Shown: in pieces, positions 48,531-62,991 of the stretch | Position numbering within the stretch: position 1 is the first letter of the stretch | Layout of the letters: every line of letters starts with the position of its first letter | NCBI RefSeq assembly: GCF_000143415.4 | Contig: NW_003314370.1 | Coordinates: 365,517 to 429,516 of the forward strand | Length of the DNA: 64,000 bases | From: Selaginella moellendorffii | Lineage: Eukaryota; Plantae; Lycopodiophyta | Direction: 5' to 3' | The notes under the pieces: model-generated | Database searches by the model: none | What the model was told of the DNA's origin: nothing | Seen by the model: only the letters and a program-made list of their open reading frames with translations | Position numbers and translations under genes: made by a program

Positions 48531-50871
48531 CTAATCGTCGCCAAAGGTTGTCTTCTTTCCTGCAAGTTCATGAGAGAGGAAGTTAGCTTTGGACTTTGGA
48601 GTATAGACAAACAAAGAACTACGTGAAAACAAACTTACCGGACGCTGCGACATTGATTTTCTGCCTTGGAGCGCTGCTTGGCCCGCGACCGCGACCACGA
48701 TCACCACGGCCACGATCACCACGGCCTGTTAAAAAAGAGAAAAAAGAATAAGGCCTTGTTATCGAGAACTCGAGGGCCTTCTTACCTCTTCGACCACCGC
48801 GGTCAGCATAACCTCCACTACGGTCGCCATAGCGACCACCATAGCTTCCACCGCCGCCGCCACCATAGCTTCCACCGCCGCCTCCTCCTCCAGAAGGCTC
48901 GGTTGCGTCATCAACGACGAGGTTGCAGCCGTCCAGGTCTGAGCCGTGAAGTTCTTTGGCTTTGGCCGGAGCTCCGTCGGTACTGAATTCGATGTAAGCG
49001 AAGCTGTAGCCAACAAAAAAGAGTGAGAAACATTCTGGAAACAAAGTAAAACTCAAGTTACCCTTTGATATTTCCGGTTTCTCTATCAGTGGGAATTTTA
49101 ACCCGCTCAATGGTACCGCAGCTTTTGAAGTGTTTAGTCAGCGACTCTCGTATCTGAGAAAACGGAGGTCACGCGAAGGTATATATAAGAGGAGAAATGT
49201 ACCGAGTCTTCTTCTTGATACTTGTCGAAACCCTTGACAAAGACGGTATTTCCACTCGTCTTACGGTTGCCATTGAACCTATGAGAAGAATGCAATCTCG
49301 TAAGAAGTTTTCACGCAAACAAAAGTAAAAAACACAGGAAGAAGTAAACACACACCCCGGAGAAGGCCGGTCGCGCTTCGGTCCACTCGCAGGAGTACCC
49401 CTCGGATTTGCAAGATCACAGTAAATCCTCCTGCCACCCATATCTTGACCGCTTTTATTGAGTGCCTGGCATAGCGCGACATGAGCATCAGGACGAATGG
49501 AAGGAACAACAAAAAGGTACCTTTTGAGCAGCGGCTTCCGTTGAAAACTCAACGTGTGCAAACCCTTTCGGACCGTTATCGCCCTGCGCAATTCGCACGC
49601 CCACAACTTCACCAGCATCTTCGAAGTATTGTGCACTGCATTTACGGCAACAATGAGCTTGAGATTCTCTCGGAAAGAAAGAACTTACAGATCTTCGTCG
49701 GTTACAGAAAACGGAATGTTTCTCACAAACAGAGTTTTAGATTCGCCAGCCTCTTTCGCCGGAGTTTTCACCTGCATGAAGCGAAAGTTAGACAATCTAC
49801 TGGAAGAGACCTAAAGCAATCTACCTCGTCAGTTTTTGTCGCTGCAGCTTTTCCATTCTGCAAAAGGTATCAGTATAGTATAGGAGAATAGCAATCATCA
49901 CTTACTTCAAGCTTTTGCTTTTTCGAGGCTGGCGCTTGTTTGGCAGCTTTCTCCTCCTCTTCCTCTTCTTCTGATGAATCCTCCTCATCGTCTTCCTCAT
50001 CTTTCGCAGCTGGCTTGGCCTTAGCAGCGACTTTAGCAGCAGGCTTAGCAGGCTCATCGTCATCGTCGCTGTCATCATCGTCACTGCTCTCATCAACGTC
50101 CATCGGAGCTGTAGAAGCCTTGGCATTAGTCTTCGCCGCAGGCTTCTTCTCCTCTTCGCTCTCATCACTACTGTCATCACTATCACTCTCCTCCTTCGCA
50201 GCAGCCTTTTTGTTGGTAACAGCAGGCTTCACTTGGGCCTTCTTCGCAGGCGTTTTGGTGGCAGCCTTGTCCTCTTCGCTCTCCGAATCACTACTGTCAT
50301 CGTCGCTGGACTCATCCTTGGCAGCATTCTTCTTGGGAGTAGCGGCGGCGGCGGCAGCGGGCTTCGCCAGTGGCTTCTTCACTGCAGGCTTCTCGTCTTC
50401 GTCGTCACTATCATCTTCACTATCGCTCTCACTTTCCTCGACTTTTTTCTTCGCAGTAGTGGCCTTCGCAGGAGTGGCGGCAGGCTTGGCTTGCGGCTTG
50501 GGCTTCTCCTCTTCTTCGTCACTGTCATCGTCACTGTCGTCACTGCTCTCCTGTGCCTTCTTTGCCGGAGCCACCACCGCAACCTTGGCCTGCGGCTTCT
50601 TCACCGCAGGCTTTGCTTCCTCTTCCTCATCGCTACTCTCATCGCTGCTATCACTCTTAGCCGCCTTCTTCGCAGCTTTTCCCTGGGGCTTCTTCACCAC
50701 AGGCTTCGCGTCTTCTTCATCGCTGCTGCTATCGCTGCTATCGTCCTCGCTTTCCACCTTCTTAGCCGGCGGCGGTGGCGGCGCCTTCTTCCGCTTGGCG
50801 GGGACGGCCTTGGCGGGGGGATTTCTTACCTCCTCATCGCTGCTGGAGTCGGATGAAGAAGAATCCACCAT
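48531..50871 (-). CDS. NUC-L: Nucleolin-like protein
   Basis: Alternating acidic-Ser and Lys/Ala/Pro blocks, two RRMs (KTLFVRNIPF, KGFAHVEF; TVFVKGFD, FAYIEF), GAR tail (RGDRGRG) and GKKTTFGDD* end. Telo-boxes AAACCCTA at about 50892 and 50926. Confidence 0.92.
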
Positions 50872-51037
50872 AGCGGCCGACTCTCGCGCAAAACCCTAGA
50901 CCACAGCGACCTAAATCGTCGGCTTAAACCCTAGTGCCGGGAATATGCCGTCAGCGTTAGAACATTCCGTTAGCGCGAGTGAAGGAGAGAGAAAGTTTTA
51001 AGTAGAGGGAAGAAAGAAGTGTTTTAAGGGTTCCAGA

Positions 51038-52052
<1,015 letters not shown>

Positions 52053-52207
52053 GCACAAAGAACGGGAAGAACGGGAATAAAGCAACGAAGTGTACAAGTA
52101 CCTCGCACACCACTGGTGAGTTTTTTCCAAGCTTTCCCAGATCGAGCTCGAGAGAAAAATTCTATAAAAAAAACTCTTGCCGGAGAATGACGAAAACACT
52201 GGTTTGA

Positions 52208-52755
52208 TCATCGGCCATTGACAAGCTTCTTGAGAACGTTCCTCTTTCTTCGATCCTTTTCCGCGAGAGCTCTCTCGGAGAGGACGTGCTTGAGTCTATG
52301 CATTGACAGCTTCACCTGGAAAAATCGAGAGGAAAACTATCGGTCCTGAAAGGAAAACCAGGAAGAGCGCCACATTCTACCTTGTCAATCCGGTCCCTGG
52401 CAGCGATTTTAATGTTTTGCGACTTGAGCATGAGAACTTGGGACATGAGCATGTTCTTCTCGATGTAGAGAACATACCACAGCTTGTGGAGATCGTCCCA
52501 CGATTTAATCCGCAACTCCTCGGTGCGCCAGCTCCTTCCTGGAGATTTGGCAGCAAAGAATCAGAAGTTCGAAAAACCCTGGCTAAACCCACCACAGTAG
52601 TCCCCCTTTTTTGGATCGGGGCCTCGCCCCGCTTCGAAGAACGCATCCACGCCGCCAGATTCGCTGTGATTCAAGGTAAATTTCGATCGGCGAGACGCAT
52701 TCCCCCATAGCTGCCCCGTCGCCGTCCTCGCGACGCGGACGAGCAGCGCTTGCAT
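52208..52755 (-). CDS. MRPL47: Mitochondrial ribosomal protein L47 (uL29m), 3 exons
   Basis: GRSWRTEELRIKSWDDLHKLWYVLYIEKNML..DRIDK|VKLSMHRLKHVLSER. Confidence 0.9.
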
Positions 52756-52860
52756 TCTCTCTTTTCTCTTAAGCCCTAAACGAATATTCTACGAATACTT
52801 TAATTAGTCACCACGGGGAGTTTAAATTCCGGCCAGATACTTCATCCGGGCCGTCCATTT

Positions 52861-55133
52861 CTAGAAACATTCTTCGCTTGTCACACTGGGACGCCAGAGC
52901 GTTTCATCCCCGCCTCCGTCCATGAGAGAGATCCCCAGCGACGAGAGCTTGTCTCTGATTTCGTCTGATTTTCCAAAATCCTTGGAGGCTCTGGCGGCTG
53001 CTCGCTCGTGAATTTGGAGTAGAAGCTCGTCCTCTGTCAACCCAGCTCGTTTCAAGGCCTTGCTTCGAAGCTCTTGGAGAACCTGAGAGAAAAAGAGTTG
53101 TGTTATTCTAAGATCTAGCAGACCAAGTAGGAAGGAACAATGCCTGTGAGTAGTCCGCCACGGAAAATCCCAAAACTTCCAGCGCTTGTTCCACTTCCAG
53201 ACGAAGAAGATCTAGAGACGAGTAACGGCTCTTATCTTTGCGACCCTGAGAAACATAACAAGTAAGAAAACCAAAAAGTTAGACATAGAGATTGGCTTAC
53301 TCTTTTAGAATGTAGAAGCTCGTTCATCAGCTTCAATGGCTCCGAGAGCGCTCCTATTGTCACAGGCGTGTTTAAGTCGTCTGCTAGAGACGATCTCAGG
53401 GACAGTCTCAAAGCCTTCGCGTTCTCGGCAGCTTTCTGTGAAACCACGTAGCTTTTCTCTTCCTTTTGCGAACCCTCGACGCATCTCTTTGCATCAAACA
53501 AAGTCTGCAAAATAAGCGAAGAAAAATGAAAGGCAAAGTGAGTCATTGGTACTGTAAAGAACCATGAAATAACAAGCACCTGGTATAGATAGAAGAGACG
53601 TTGCGAAGCGTTCTGTAGCTGGGATTCCGAATAATTGATCGGAGATCGATAGTGTGTGCAAAGTAGAAACCATCTTAGAGCCAGAGGATGGTAGAGCTCG
53701 AAAACCTTGCAAAGCCAGGCCGAGTTAATCAAATCTGCATTCCACGATCAAAACAAAGAAGAAGAGAGAGAGAAAAAAACACTCCTTTACCTCGCGGATC
53801 GTGAAGAAATTACCAAGAGACTTTGACATCTTCTCCGAGTCCACTGTGACAAAGCCATTGTGCATCCAGTACGTGATATTGCTCTCGTGACACGCTGCCC
53901 GGCTCTGGACAATCTCATTCTCGTGGTGTGGAAATATTAGATCCATTCCTCCGCCATGAATGTCGAAGGAGCTTCCCAGTGTAGCACCGCTCATGGCACT
54001 ACACTCGATATGCCACCCCGGCCTCCCAGCTCCCCATGGACTCTCCCAAGAAGGCTCGCCATCTTTAGAGCTCTAAAAGAGAAGGCATTGTGAGAAAAAA
54101 AGAGAAAAGAGAGAAAAAAACTCTTGAGTTTTTTAGAAACTTGCCTTCCAGAGCACGAAGTCTCCTGGATTCAGCTTTCTGTCGTCGACAGCAACCCGCT
54201 CGCCAGCACGATTATCATCGAGTTTTCTGCCAGACAAGCGACCATAGCAATCCGGGAACGCTGGCACGAACTTGTCTAGAGAGAAATAGACGTCGCCATT
54301 ATCAAGAACGTATCCATATCCATTCTCCAGGATCTACAAACGCACGAATTCGCGTGTCAAAGATAGCTCGGAAAGATTTTCATCCTTAACCTGCGAGATC
54401 ATTTTAATGATCTGGTCGATGTTTCTGGAGACTCGAGGCTCCAGTGACGGTGCTAGACATCGTAGCGAAGCCATGTCCCGGCGGAACTCGTCGCAAAAGC
54501 GATTGCTTAACTCGATGGGATCATCTCCAAGATCGTTGGCTCGTTTTATAATCTTCAAAAACAGAACAAAAAAAAAAAAAAACTATCTGTTGAAGAAATG
54601 TATGAAAAAAAAAAACTTACACACCTTGTCATCAATATCTGTGAAGTTCCGCACGTACGTTACCTCGTATCCCATGAATGTAAAGTATCTGGCAGCAAAA
54701 AAACGAAAAAAAAATAAAAATGCAGCTGTGAGGAAAAACACAAAAAGACGACCAAGTACCTGTAAAGAACATCGAAGAAAACGTAGACCCTGGCGTGACC
54801 AATGTGGCTATAGTCGTAAGCAGTGACTCCACACACATACATGCTAAGCTTCCCATGAATTCTCGGCCGAAACACTTCCTTCTCCCTGCTCATTGTGTTG
54901 AAAAGAAGAATCTCTACACTCTCCTCTTTGTTTACTCTCGCATTTGGTGCTTGATAGACGAGGCTTGGAGTGAAAGAAGAAGATCTAGGTCGAGCGCAAG
55001 CGTGGCGATGGGAAGAGCTAAAATCTCCACCCCCGGCCTCGCGAAACCTCTGATTGCTTCTACTCGGCCTAGCGCCTACCTTGACGAGAGAAATGCTGTG
55101 ATTTGGAGCTCCGGCTAGAATGGCGCTCCCCAT
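52861..55133 (-). CDS. SYCO: Cysteinyl-tRNA synthetase, organellar type, multi-exon
   Basis: [18 protein letters not shown] (HIGH), [38 protein letters not shown]; N-terminal transit peptide. Confidence 0.95.
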
Positions 55134-55354
55134 CCCTGTAGGGTTTCTACTACGATAGAAGATAACCACATTCCAATCTATCACCTTCTAAACATTTGGA
55201 GAACAATTGGTTAGAACAATGGATCATATTAACAAATCTTTTTGTTCTTTATCTACAAAACTTTCTCGAGTGGTGCTGCCAAGAAAAAGATGGCCCATTG
55301 CTGTCCAGTGTGCCATTCCAAAAGGTTTGCAGCAAAATTATCTCCAGGAGATTG

Positions 55355-58134
55355 TCAATCTTTTATGGTGCTGGCATTGTTGGGCCGCGAGGAGCCAGGA
55401 ACTTTGCCGCGGACGTTATACTGCTCGTAAACTCGGTGTCGATTCTCTTGCCACCAGATCTCTGCCTGCTTCTCACTGAATCTCTTGCGGCTGCAAAACC
55501 AAACATCAAGAGAAGAAAATTCGAACAAAAGCGAAAGAGAAACGAAGAGCTTACCTGAATCTAACACGCTTCAAGTCTTTGCCACCGCCGGGTAACGCCG
55601 TAAGAGTTATGTACACTCCGGGTTGGTCTTGTTCCACCCATTCCTCCACACCACTTTCACTGGTAGCCGAGTTGGAAGCTCGGCCATCCGCCTGGTCGTG
55701 AAGTCTGGAAGTATCAACGTCGGACAGCCTCGCAGGGACGTCGCAGACAACGTTCCCATGGCTTCTAGTACCATCTTCCGGCAGTGGTGCGCTTGGAGGC
55801 TCTGGCCTCGTTCGATAGCTTCCCGGGGGCATCCTCTCCGCCAGGTCTTTGAGCTGGGACCCAAGAAAGTAATGGAAAATTAAAGACAATAGCTGCGAGG
55901 ACCTCGCTTTTTCTTACTTGTGCTGTCAGTGACATGATCACCTCCTTCGCAGCCTTACACTTCGCGGACTCGGCACCGGCGACCGCAAAGGCATCTTGAA
56001 TCTGCTTGGAGCTGTGGAGTAGCTCCTTCTCGTGCGACTCGCAACGTCTTGTCAGTTTCTCCACCTGGAAAGACACGATGAGTTAAAGTCTACACAAAAC
56101 CAAGCAAACTTTTTTCTTCTTCACCTGAGCTTTAAGTCTCGAGATCTCCAGAATGAGGCTCTCGTTTTTGAGCTTCACCTCCTCCACCTCGTGCTTTGGA
56201 GAAGTCAAGCCGCCCACCGTTGGTATCGGAGTCGCGGACCTTGGTGGACTGGGCCTTCTCGATAGAGGTGAAACAGCTCTGGAGCCGACTCTCGACTGTG
56301 GAATTGACTTCGCTGCGTCCAAGAAGGCGTTGAAGGCAGCCGGGGCATTCACACCACCCCACTGCAGAAGACCATTCGGCATCGGTGACACCCGACTAGT
56401 AGAATCCGGTCGTTTACTTCTCTTGGTCGTCTTGACATCCGTCTGCTTGAACAGGTCCCCCTTGGTCTGCACTTTCAGGAACCTTGTCTCGCTGTTTTCC
56501 TTCGGGGCAGTCACGGACACACTGCTCCTGCTCATTTTCAAGAAGCAAGTGTCGCACACTCGATGTAGCTTCCGTGGATTCGGGGCCTGCGACGCGTATA
56601 GTGCCTTCTTCGAGCTGCATGAGTGACAGTAAGGCAGTCCACAGTTGTAGCAATTGTGCTTCTTCCTAGTGAAGCCGAAAGGCTGCCTGCATCCCGAACA
56701 CATGGAATTCCCTGTCCCTACCCCTGGCCCAGACTTGTGGAGACAGATTGCCGACGTAAAGCTCGATCCACACGAAACTTTCTTCACCTGCTTGTCCCTG
56801 AGAGCTTCCACCAGTGACGGCACATCCCGGTCCTCCGCATCACCATGTCCAAGCCTGCCATTTGCTCCTTTTCCCCACGTACAAACGTCACCTTTTGATG
56901 TCAGCGCAGCAACGTGGTAGGCTCCGCAAGAAACCTCCTCAATCAGTGTTCTGCCCAACCTCAGAACGCCAGGAAGCCTTCCCGTAGCCTGAGGATCTCC
57001 CAGCTGACCGTAGGATACACTTCCCATGGTGTAAAGGTGTCCTGTTGTCGTTAGAGCCACCGTAAGGCTGTGGCCACACGCCACTTGACGAAAGTTGTGA
57101 TCAACGAGAGCAGCGACGCAAGTCGGAACCAACTTTTGCTCCTTATCACCATGCCCGAGCCTGTTCTTGTCTCCATCCCCCCACGTAAAAAGCTTCCCGG
57201 ACAACGAGCTACCGGCGTTGGAGTATCTACTCATCACCTCCACCACCGCCGCAGTATGCCAAGGGCCACAGGCAGCTCTGAGAGTCTTGAGCCCCTTGAG
57301 CGACTCCACTTCTCTGGGCATCGACGCACTCTTCCTGTCACCATGCCCGAGCACCCCAAACGTTCCATCGCCAAAGCTGAAAAGCTGACCGGTGGAAGTC
57401 ACTAGGACTGTATGCCAAGGTCCACAGGCAACCGACGACACACGTACTCCTTCCAAGGGACCACCCACTCGCTTTGGAGTCCAATGGCTGATGTTGTTAC
57501 CGTGTCCTAGAAGTCCAAAGTTATGAGTTCCATCGCCCCAAGTGTAGAGATCCCCGGACTGTGTCACCGCACAAGAGTGGTACTCGCCGCAAGCAACGTA
57601 CTGGACGGTGGAGCTAGCGAGTGAGTCGATCAGCTGGGGGTGAGCTACGTCGGCATCCACACCATGTCCCAGCCTCCCACCACTCTCTTCACCCCAAGAG
57701 AAAACTTCTCCTTGCCTGGTCACCAATGCGGCATGACGAACACCGCAAGCGATCTGCTGGACGTCGAGCACCACCAGTGATCTCACCGCTCGCGGAAGAA
57801 ACGCATCTGTTCTAAACGAAGTGTCGAGCTTCTTCGTGCCACCACCATCCCCAATTCCTTCCCCCCACATCCACAGCTCCCCGAAAACATCCCCCTCCTC
57901 CTGCCCAGATCCCTGGCTCGACGAGCTGACAGCGCTAGACATGCTCGTCGCCGTCCACACGGAAGCATCGATGAGCGCACCACCCCTGCTCCTCAAGCTC
58001 TCCGCGTTTGCGGCCGAGTGAGCGGCAGATCGTCCCTTGGAAGAATCAACCGTGTATAGCGCTCCCGATGGGAAGGTCTTCCCCACGCCATTCCTTGGAG
58101 GACTTCCATAGCAATCCGTCCTCCTGTCGACCAT
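55355..58134 (-). CDS. RCC1-repeat / FYVE / coiled-coil / BRX protein (PRAF/RLD family)
   Basis: RCC1 repeats ([24 protein letters not shown]), [65 protein letters not shown]. Confidence 0.92.
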
Positions 58135-58730
58135 GCTCCTGCGAATTCGGCATTCTCATGAGCTCGAAAAAGAAGAAAGAAATCCACACCTCTCTAGAAA
58201 TCGCTGCCGCTGCTACAAGAATCCTTGCAAGGCCGTATTCCCTGCAATCCATGAGCTGCTCGCGCGTATCTCATGCGAGGACTTCGTCTTGCCGGACGCC
58301 GCCTAGGGTTCTCGACAAGAAAAGAACCATGCGCGATCCAAATTCCAGCCTCCACACCTGCATTCTCGCGTCCCAGAGCTGCGATCCGCGGAACCATGCC
58401 TCGATCCGGCGGGAATGGCACCGGTTCTTGGCGCCGCGCTCAAAATTTCCGGCCCTGACACATTGAATCGGGAGAAAAAGGAGCTGGAAACCTGGAATCT
58501 CCTGGCGAATCGATCGATCGCCAATGGAAGAGCACCGCTCTCTTTCTCGCTCTATTAGGGTAAAGCTGCCTCTCGGCCCTGTCTTGTCGAGAAAAAATAA
58601 ATCAAACTAAAGGCACGAACGCGAGAAGGCAGTATAGTCAGAGTTCGACGTGCGTGACGGGTACTTAGCCCGTCATTCGTCCTTCACAGTAATTTAGGGT
58701 TCTTGGGCGATTTATTTAGGGTTTGCGCCA

Positions 58731-59779
58731 ATGGAGCACGCGATCGAGGCATTCAAGCGAGAGGAATCGCTGGGCGCTCGCCATTCCGGGGCTGCGGCAG
58801 CTAGCGACGGCAAGATCCACATCGAGCGCACACAGTAAGCTCCGGGGGCGCTGGTTTCGTGAATTTTCACTCCATTTTCTTCGATCAGGTATCCCTATGT
58901 CACTGGATCGTCCGTGCTGGGGATTAAGTACAAGGATGGGATCCTCCTCGCAGCGGACATGGCCGGTATGTGTGTGAAATCTCTTGCGAAGAAATGTTTT
59001 TGAGGAGATTCCATTTGCTTAAGCTTCCTACGGATCTACAAAGAGGTACAAGAGCTTCCAGAGGCTAAAGCCCGTCGGCAAGCACGCTGTGATTGGAGCT
59101 AGCGGGGAGATGAGTGACTTCCAGCAGATTTCTACCATGCTGGATGAATTAACGTGAACATTTTCACTTCTTCTTCCTCCTTTTTCTGATGATGGTTTCT
59201 CGCAGCTTGCGCGATCAGATGTGGGACGACTCGAACACTCTCGGGCCTCACGAAATTCACAGCTACTTGAACCGGATCATGTACCAGCGCCGGAACAAGT
59301 TTGATCCCTTGTGGAACAACATCATTCTCGGTGGTGTGAAGAATGGGAAGAAGTACCTTGGAGTGGTAAGTTTCTCGATGATTTTACACTACATGAGCTA
59401 GAGAAAACTCAATCGAGGTTCACAGGTTAGCATGATAGGCGTTCACTTCGAGGATGATCACGTCGCGACTGGATTCGGCCAACACCTTGCGCGTCCAGAG
59501 CTGCGAAAGCAGTGGCGGGCCGACATGACTTTGGAAGAGGGTGTTCGTCTCTTGGAGAAATGCCTCCTTGTTCTCTACTATCGCGATCGGTCGTCGATTA
59601 ACAAATACCAGGTAAGAAACTTTGTCATCTTTCTTTTGTCTCACGGATGATTTTGGCTTTGCCAGATTGCGAAGGTGACAGAGGAAGGTGTGACAATCTC
59701 GTCTCCGTTCGCTATCGAAACAAACTGGGACCTCGAAGCCTTCCAGAATCCCACGAAAAACGCAGAAGGTTCTTGGTAG
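58731..59779 (+). CDS. PBG1: 20S proteasome subunit beta-7 (beta type-4), multi-exon
   Basis: YPYVTGSSVLGIKYKDG, SYGSTKRYKS, YQRRNKFDPLWN, ATGFGQHLARP, LYYRDRSSINKYQ, NAEGSW*. Telo-boxes upstream. Confidence 0.95.
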
Positions 59780-59821
59780 TTTGATGACAATGTTTTTACA
59801 AAAAAGCTCTCTTTTTTATCT

Positions 59822-62800
59822 TTACAACAAGCACGAGTAATTGGCCGTTTTGAACGAGTGTTCTCCGATGTAGAATTCCTCCTTGTTCGCTTCGGCAGTG
59901 GCGGGCCGGATAGAAATCCCCGACAGTGTCTGGCCTTTGCAAGAGAAATCAACTCTCACTTTCATGCTCAGCTTCTTAAGTGATTCTTCGTCTTCGAGTG
60001 ACTGATCAGATGCTGCTAGTGGAAATTGTGCTCGCAATCGTCCAGGCGGAGTTCGCAGCTGGAAGAAAAGACCAAAATGTGTTTAGAGTCCAAAACGTAT
60101 ACCGAGAAAAACTTACTCCAATCTCTCCAACCTGCCATCTTAATTCTTTCGTACTGCGATCCAGAGCCGCTCTAGAAGATTAAAGAGTTAGTGAAGAAAC
60201 GTTATCTTTAGAAAGAAACAATGATCTTACCTGGGAGAAACTTTAAGAGACTCTGGCGAACATGGTAGGCAGAGAACAAACGTCACGTCCTTCAGTTCTC
60301 TTGGCAAGTACGGGTTGACAACATACTGGCCAAGAAAATCAAAGAGAAACAGTGAGAGATCGAATCAAATCACCAAATATCACACGTACCTGTATCATCA
60401 CCGAAAGTAGGAACCCGACCTTCTTAGCTACAAGCCTAGCGAAGGAAAGAAAGGAAAAGAACCAAGTGTTAAAGACACTGGAGCACGGAAAGCAGACATA
60501 CCTCATCCGTAGAGGCAGCGGTGTAAAGCGGGGATGCAAACGATATTTTAAAACGGCCAAAGGACTCTCCGCTGGTGGAGTTCGAACATGAAAGTATCCT
60601 TGTCCTAGGCTGCTAGTGATTGACGACTTTAAAACACCGTTCTGGAGCTCAAGCGAATAATAGGGAGTTAGAACTGAAAATCATTGAAGCGCTGGCTGGA
60701 TCATACCTTGATTCCGGCAGCTCCTTCCAGAGAGAAGGAAAACTCCGTGTCAGTCTCGCCAGCGGCAGCCGGATCTGGTGTTTTTAAATGCAAAACTCCC
60801 TGTAGGCCGGTTCTGCTCAGCACCAGGCCTTTAAACTCGGCATAAATTTCTTCCGTGAACCAAAGGAGCGGGGTTCTTGTCTCGGCTGGCTTGTCATCCT
60901 TTCTCTGTGTACCTGCAAAGGAAGTTAAATAACATACTTTGAGAAAGTGTGTATAAAAAACGTATTTCTGGGCTTACCTTCGTGAGCACCAGTGACGACA
61001 AGCTCGCTGGCGAGATCACCCTTGGCCTCAGATTTTTCGGTGGCTGGTTTCGTGCCAGCTTTTCTTCCGCCACCACCTTCTAATTCCTCTAGCCCGGCTA
61101 GGCCTGAAGCAGCAGCTTTGTCTTCCGCTGTCGCATAATCAGAGGCGTCCAATCCTCCACCAAAAGCATCCGTCAGGCCTTCAAATGCGTCTCCAAATCC
61201 GCCACCGTAGTCGTCATTGAAGTCGAGGCCTCCATAATCGCCTTCGAAGCCTTCCACTCCTACAAATGTCGACTCCGCTGCACCAGGTGCTACGGTGGGA
61301 ACGCTGAGCTCCGAAAGCCCCGCGGTTATGTCTTTCGTGTCCTTTGCCTTTTTGAAACCGCCAGCGAGAGATTCTGGCTTGGTGAGAGCGTCGCTTGCAG
61401 CAAAAGGATCCTCGTTCTCGGCTGGCTTCTCCTCTGGCGGCGGCAGTGCAGGTGTGGCAGCTGGTGCCGGAGGAGCTAGCGTAGCTTTGAACTCGTCACC
61501 GGCAGCGATGGTCTCTTCTGGTATCTCAAAAGTTGCATTGGACAAAACCTGGGATTTCAAACGTTGGCCATTTTGAAAAAACACAAGGAAGAATCTTACC
61601 TCCACATTTGCTAGACGTTCTGACGGGTGGTGCTTTATTTGATTCCAGCTATCAGCGCCTCGAGCACGGTTCTCAGCTTCGGCAGCAGAAAAAAAGATTT
61701 GTCCAACGTTGTCGCCGTGAATGGAAGACAAAATGAACGAAAGTCGCGCGGCACTGACTCCATGGAGAACCGCATCAAGAGTCATATAAATCTATTCCAT
61801 GAAAGTGACCCTAAGAAAACTAAATTAAAACAAATGGAAAGACGCTTACCTCGGTGTACTTTCTGATGACTCTGTCGGTGTTAACATCGATACCTTTGCA
61901 AGCTGCAACCAAAACACTAGTATGCTCCTGGTCTCAAAAGATCAGATGGAGGTAGCAGCACGAAAAGGACTTACCTCACAGTCTGGTTTACAACATTTGC
62001 ACATTCGAAGATATTATTTGCAGAGTCATCCTGGTGAGCGCTTGTGATACCAAGCACGTACACTGTGTTTACCAAGCGATAAACAACACGGTATCTAACC
62101 AAAAAACACAGACAGAGAAGAAGATCAAGATCATGGAAACATCTAAGTTGAGATCAACAGAAAACAAGGAATAGGCAATGCGTCATCTAAAAGTCCAGAA
62201 AGCATTCAAGCAGATCACAAAAATCCAAAGAAACATTCAATGAAGTAAATGAGATCGCAAAAATCGAACCAAAAGCAATTTCAAGTGAAGAACTTAAACA
62301 CGGTATCTATACAAAACACACAGAAAGAAAAAGTCATGGAAACATATAAGTTGACATCAAAAGAAAACAAGGAATAGGCAATGCGTCATCTAAAAGTTCA
62401 GAAAGCATTCGAGAAAATAAATCGAGAGATCACAAAAAACGTCAAGGAAATAAGTCGAGAGATCACAAAAACATTCAAGGAAAGATCACGAAAGTCGAAC
62501 CACAACCAATTCAAAGTGAAGAACTCACTTGTTTTCCTTTCCAACAACAACTTGACCGCTTGCAGCAGCTAGAGCATCGTCCCCTAGCCTGACAAGAGAA
62601 AGAAAACGAAGAGTATAAGAAAATGTAGCATCTCTAGTCTAGATCTAGAACTCACCCGGTCCCAACAACATCCACAGAGATTTGTTTGCCCGCCGCGAAG
62701 GCGATTCGAGTGCTGCGAAAGCTTGACGAAACATCCGCGGCTCTGGCAGGAGGGAACCATTCGCGGCTGCAATACCAAGAGATTATCAATCCCCCCCATC

Positions 62801-62902
62801 GATCGCGCGCCGGATCTAATCTATCCGATGGAAGATCACTTACGTCTGGAGGAGAACATCGGGTCCTTTGACGGGCTGGAGCGCCAGTGCCAGGCACGCC
62901 AT
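59822..62902 (-). CDS. TML: TPLATE-complex muniscin-like subunit (longin + mu-homology domain)
   Basis: MACLALALQPVKGPDVLLQT|REWFPPARA..DDALAAASGQVVVGKENK|YRVVYRLVN, DPFAAS, FGGGLDASDY, LKYRLHPRFTPLPLR, FYIGEHSFKTANYSC. Confidence 0.9.
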
Positions 62903-62991
62903 AGACGGAGAAAAAGAACAAGCGTTAAAGCCCTAAGAATATTCGCGGGGTACATTAGGGTTCTTGGGAGGCGAGGTTATTTCCTTTCCCA

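Noticed and set aside
49940-50899. 319-aa Ser/Ala/Phe-rich plus-strand ORF
   Set aside because: Antisense shadow of the low-complexity nucleolin exon.
50941-50948. Single GNATATNC between nucleolin and NDUFS8
   Set aside because: Isolated degenerate 8-mer expected by chance.
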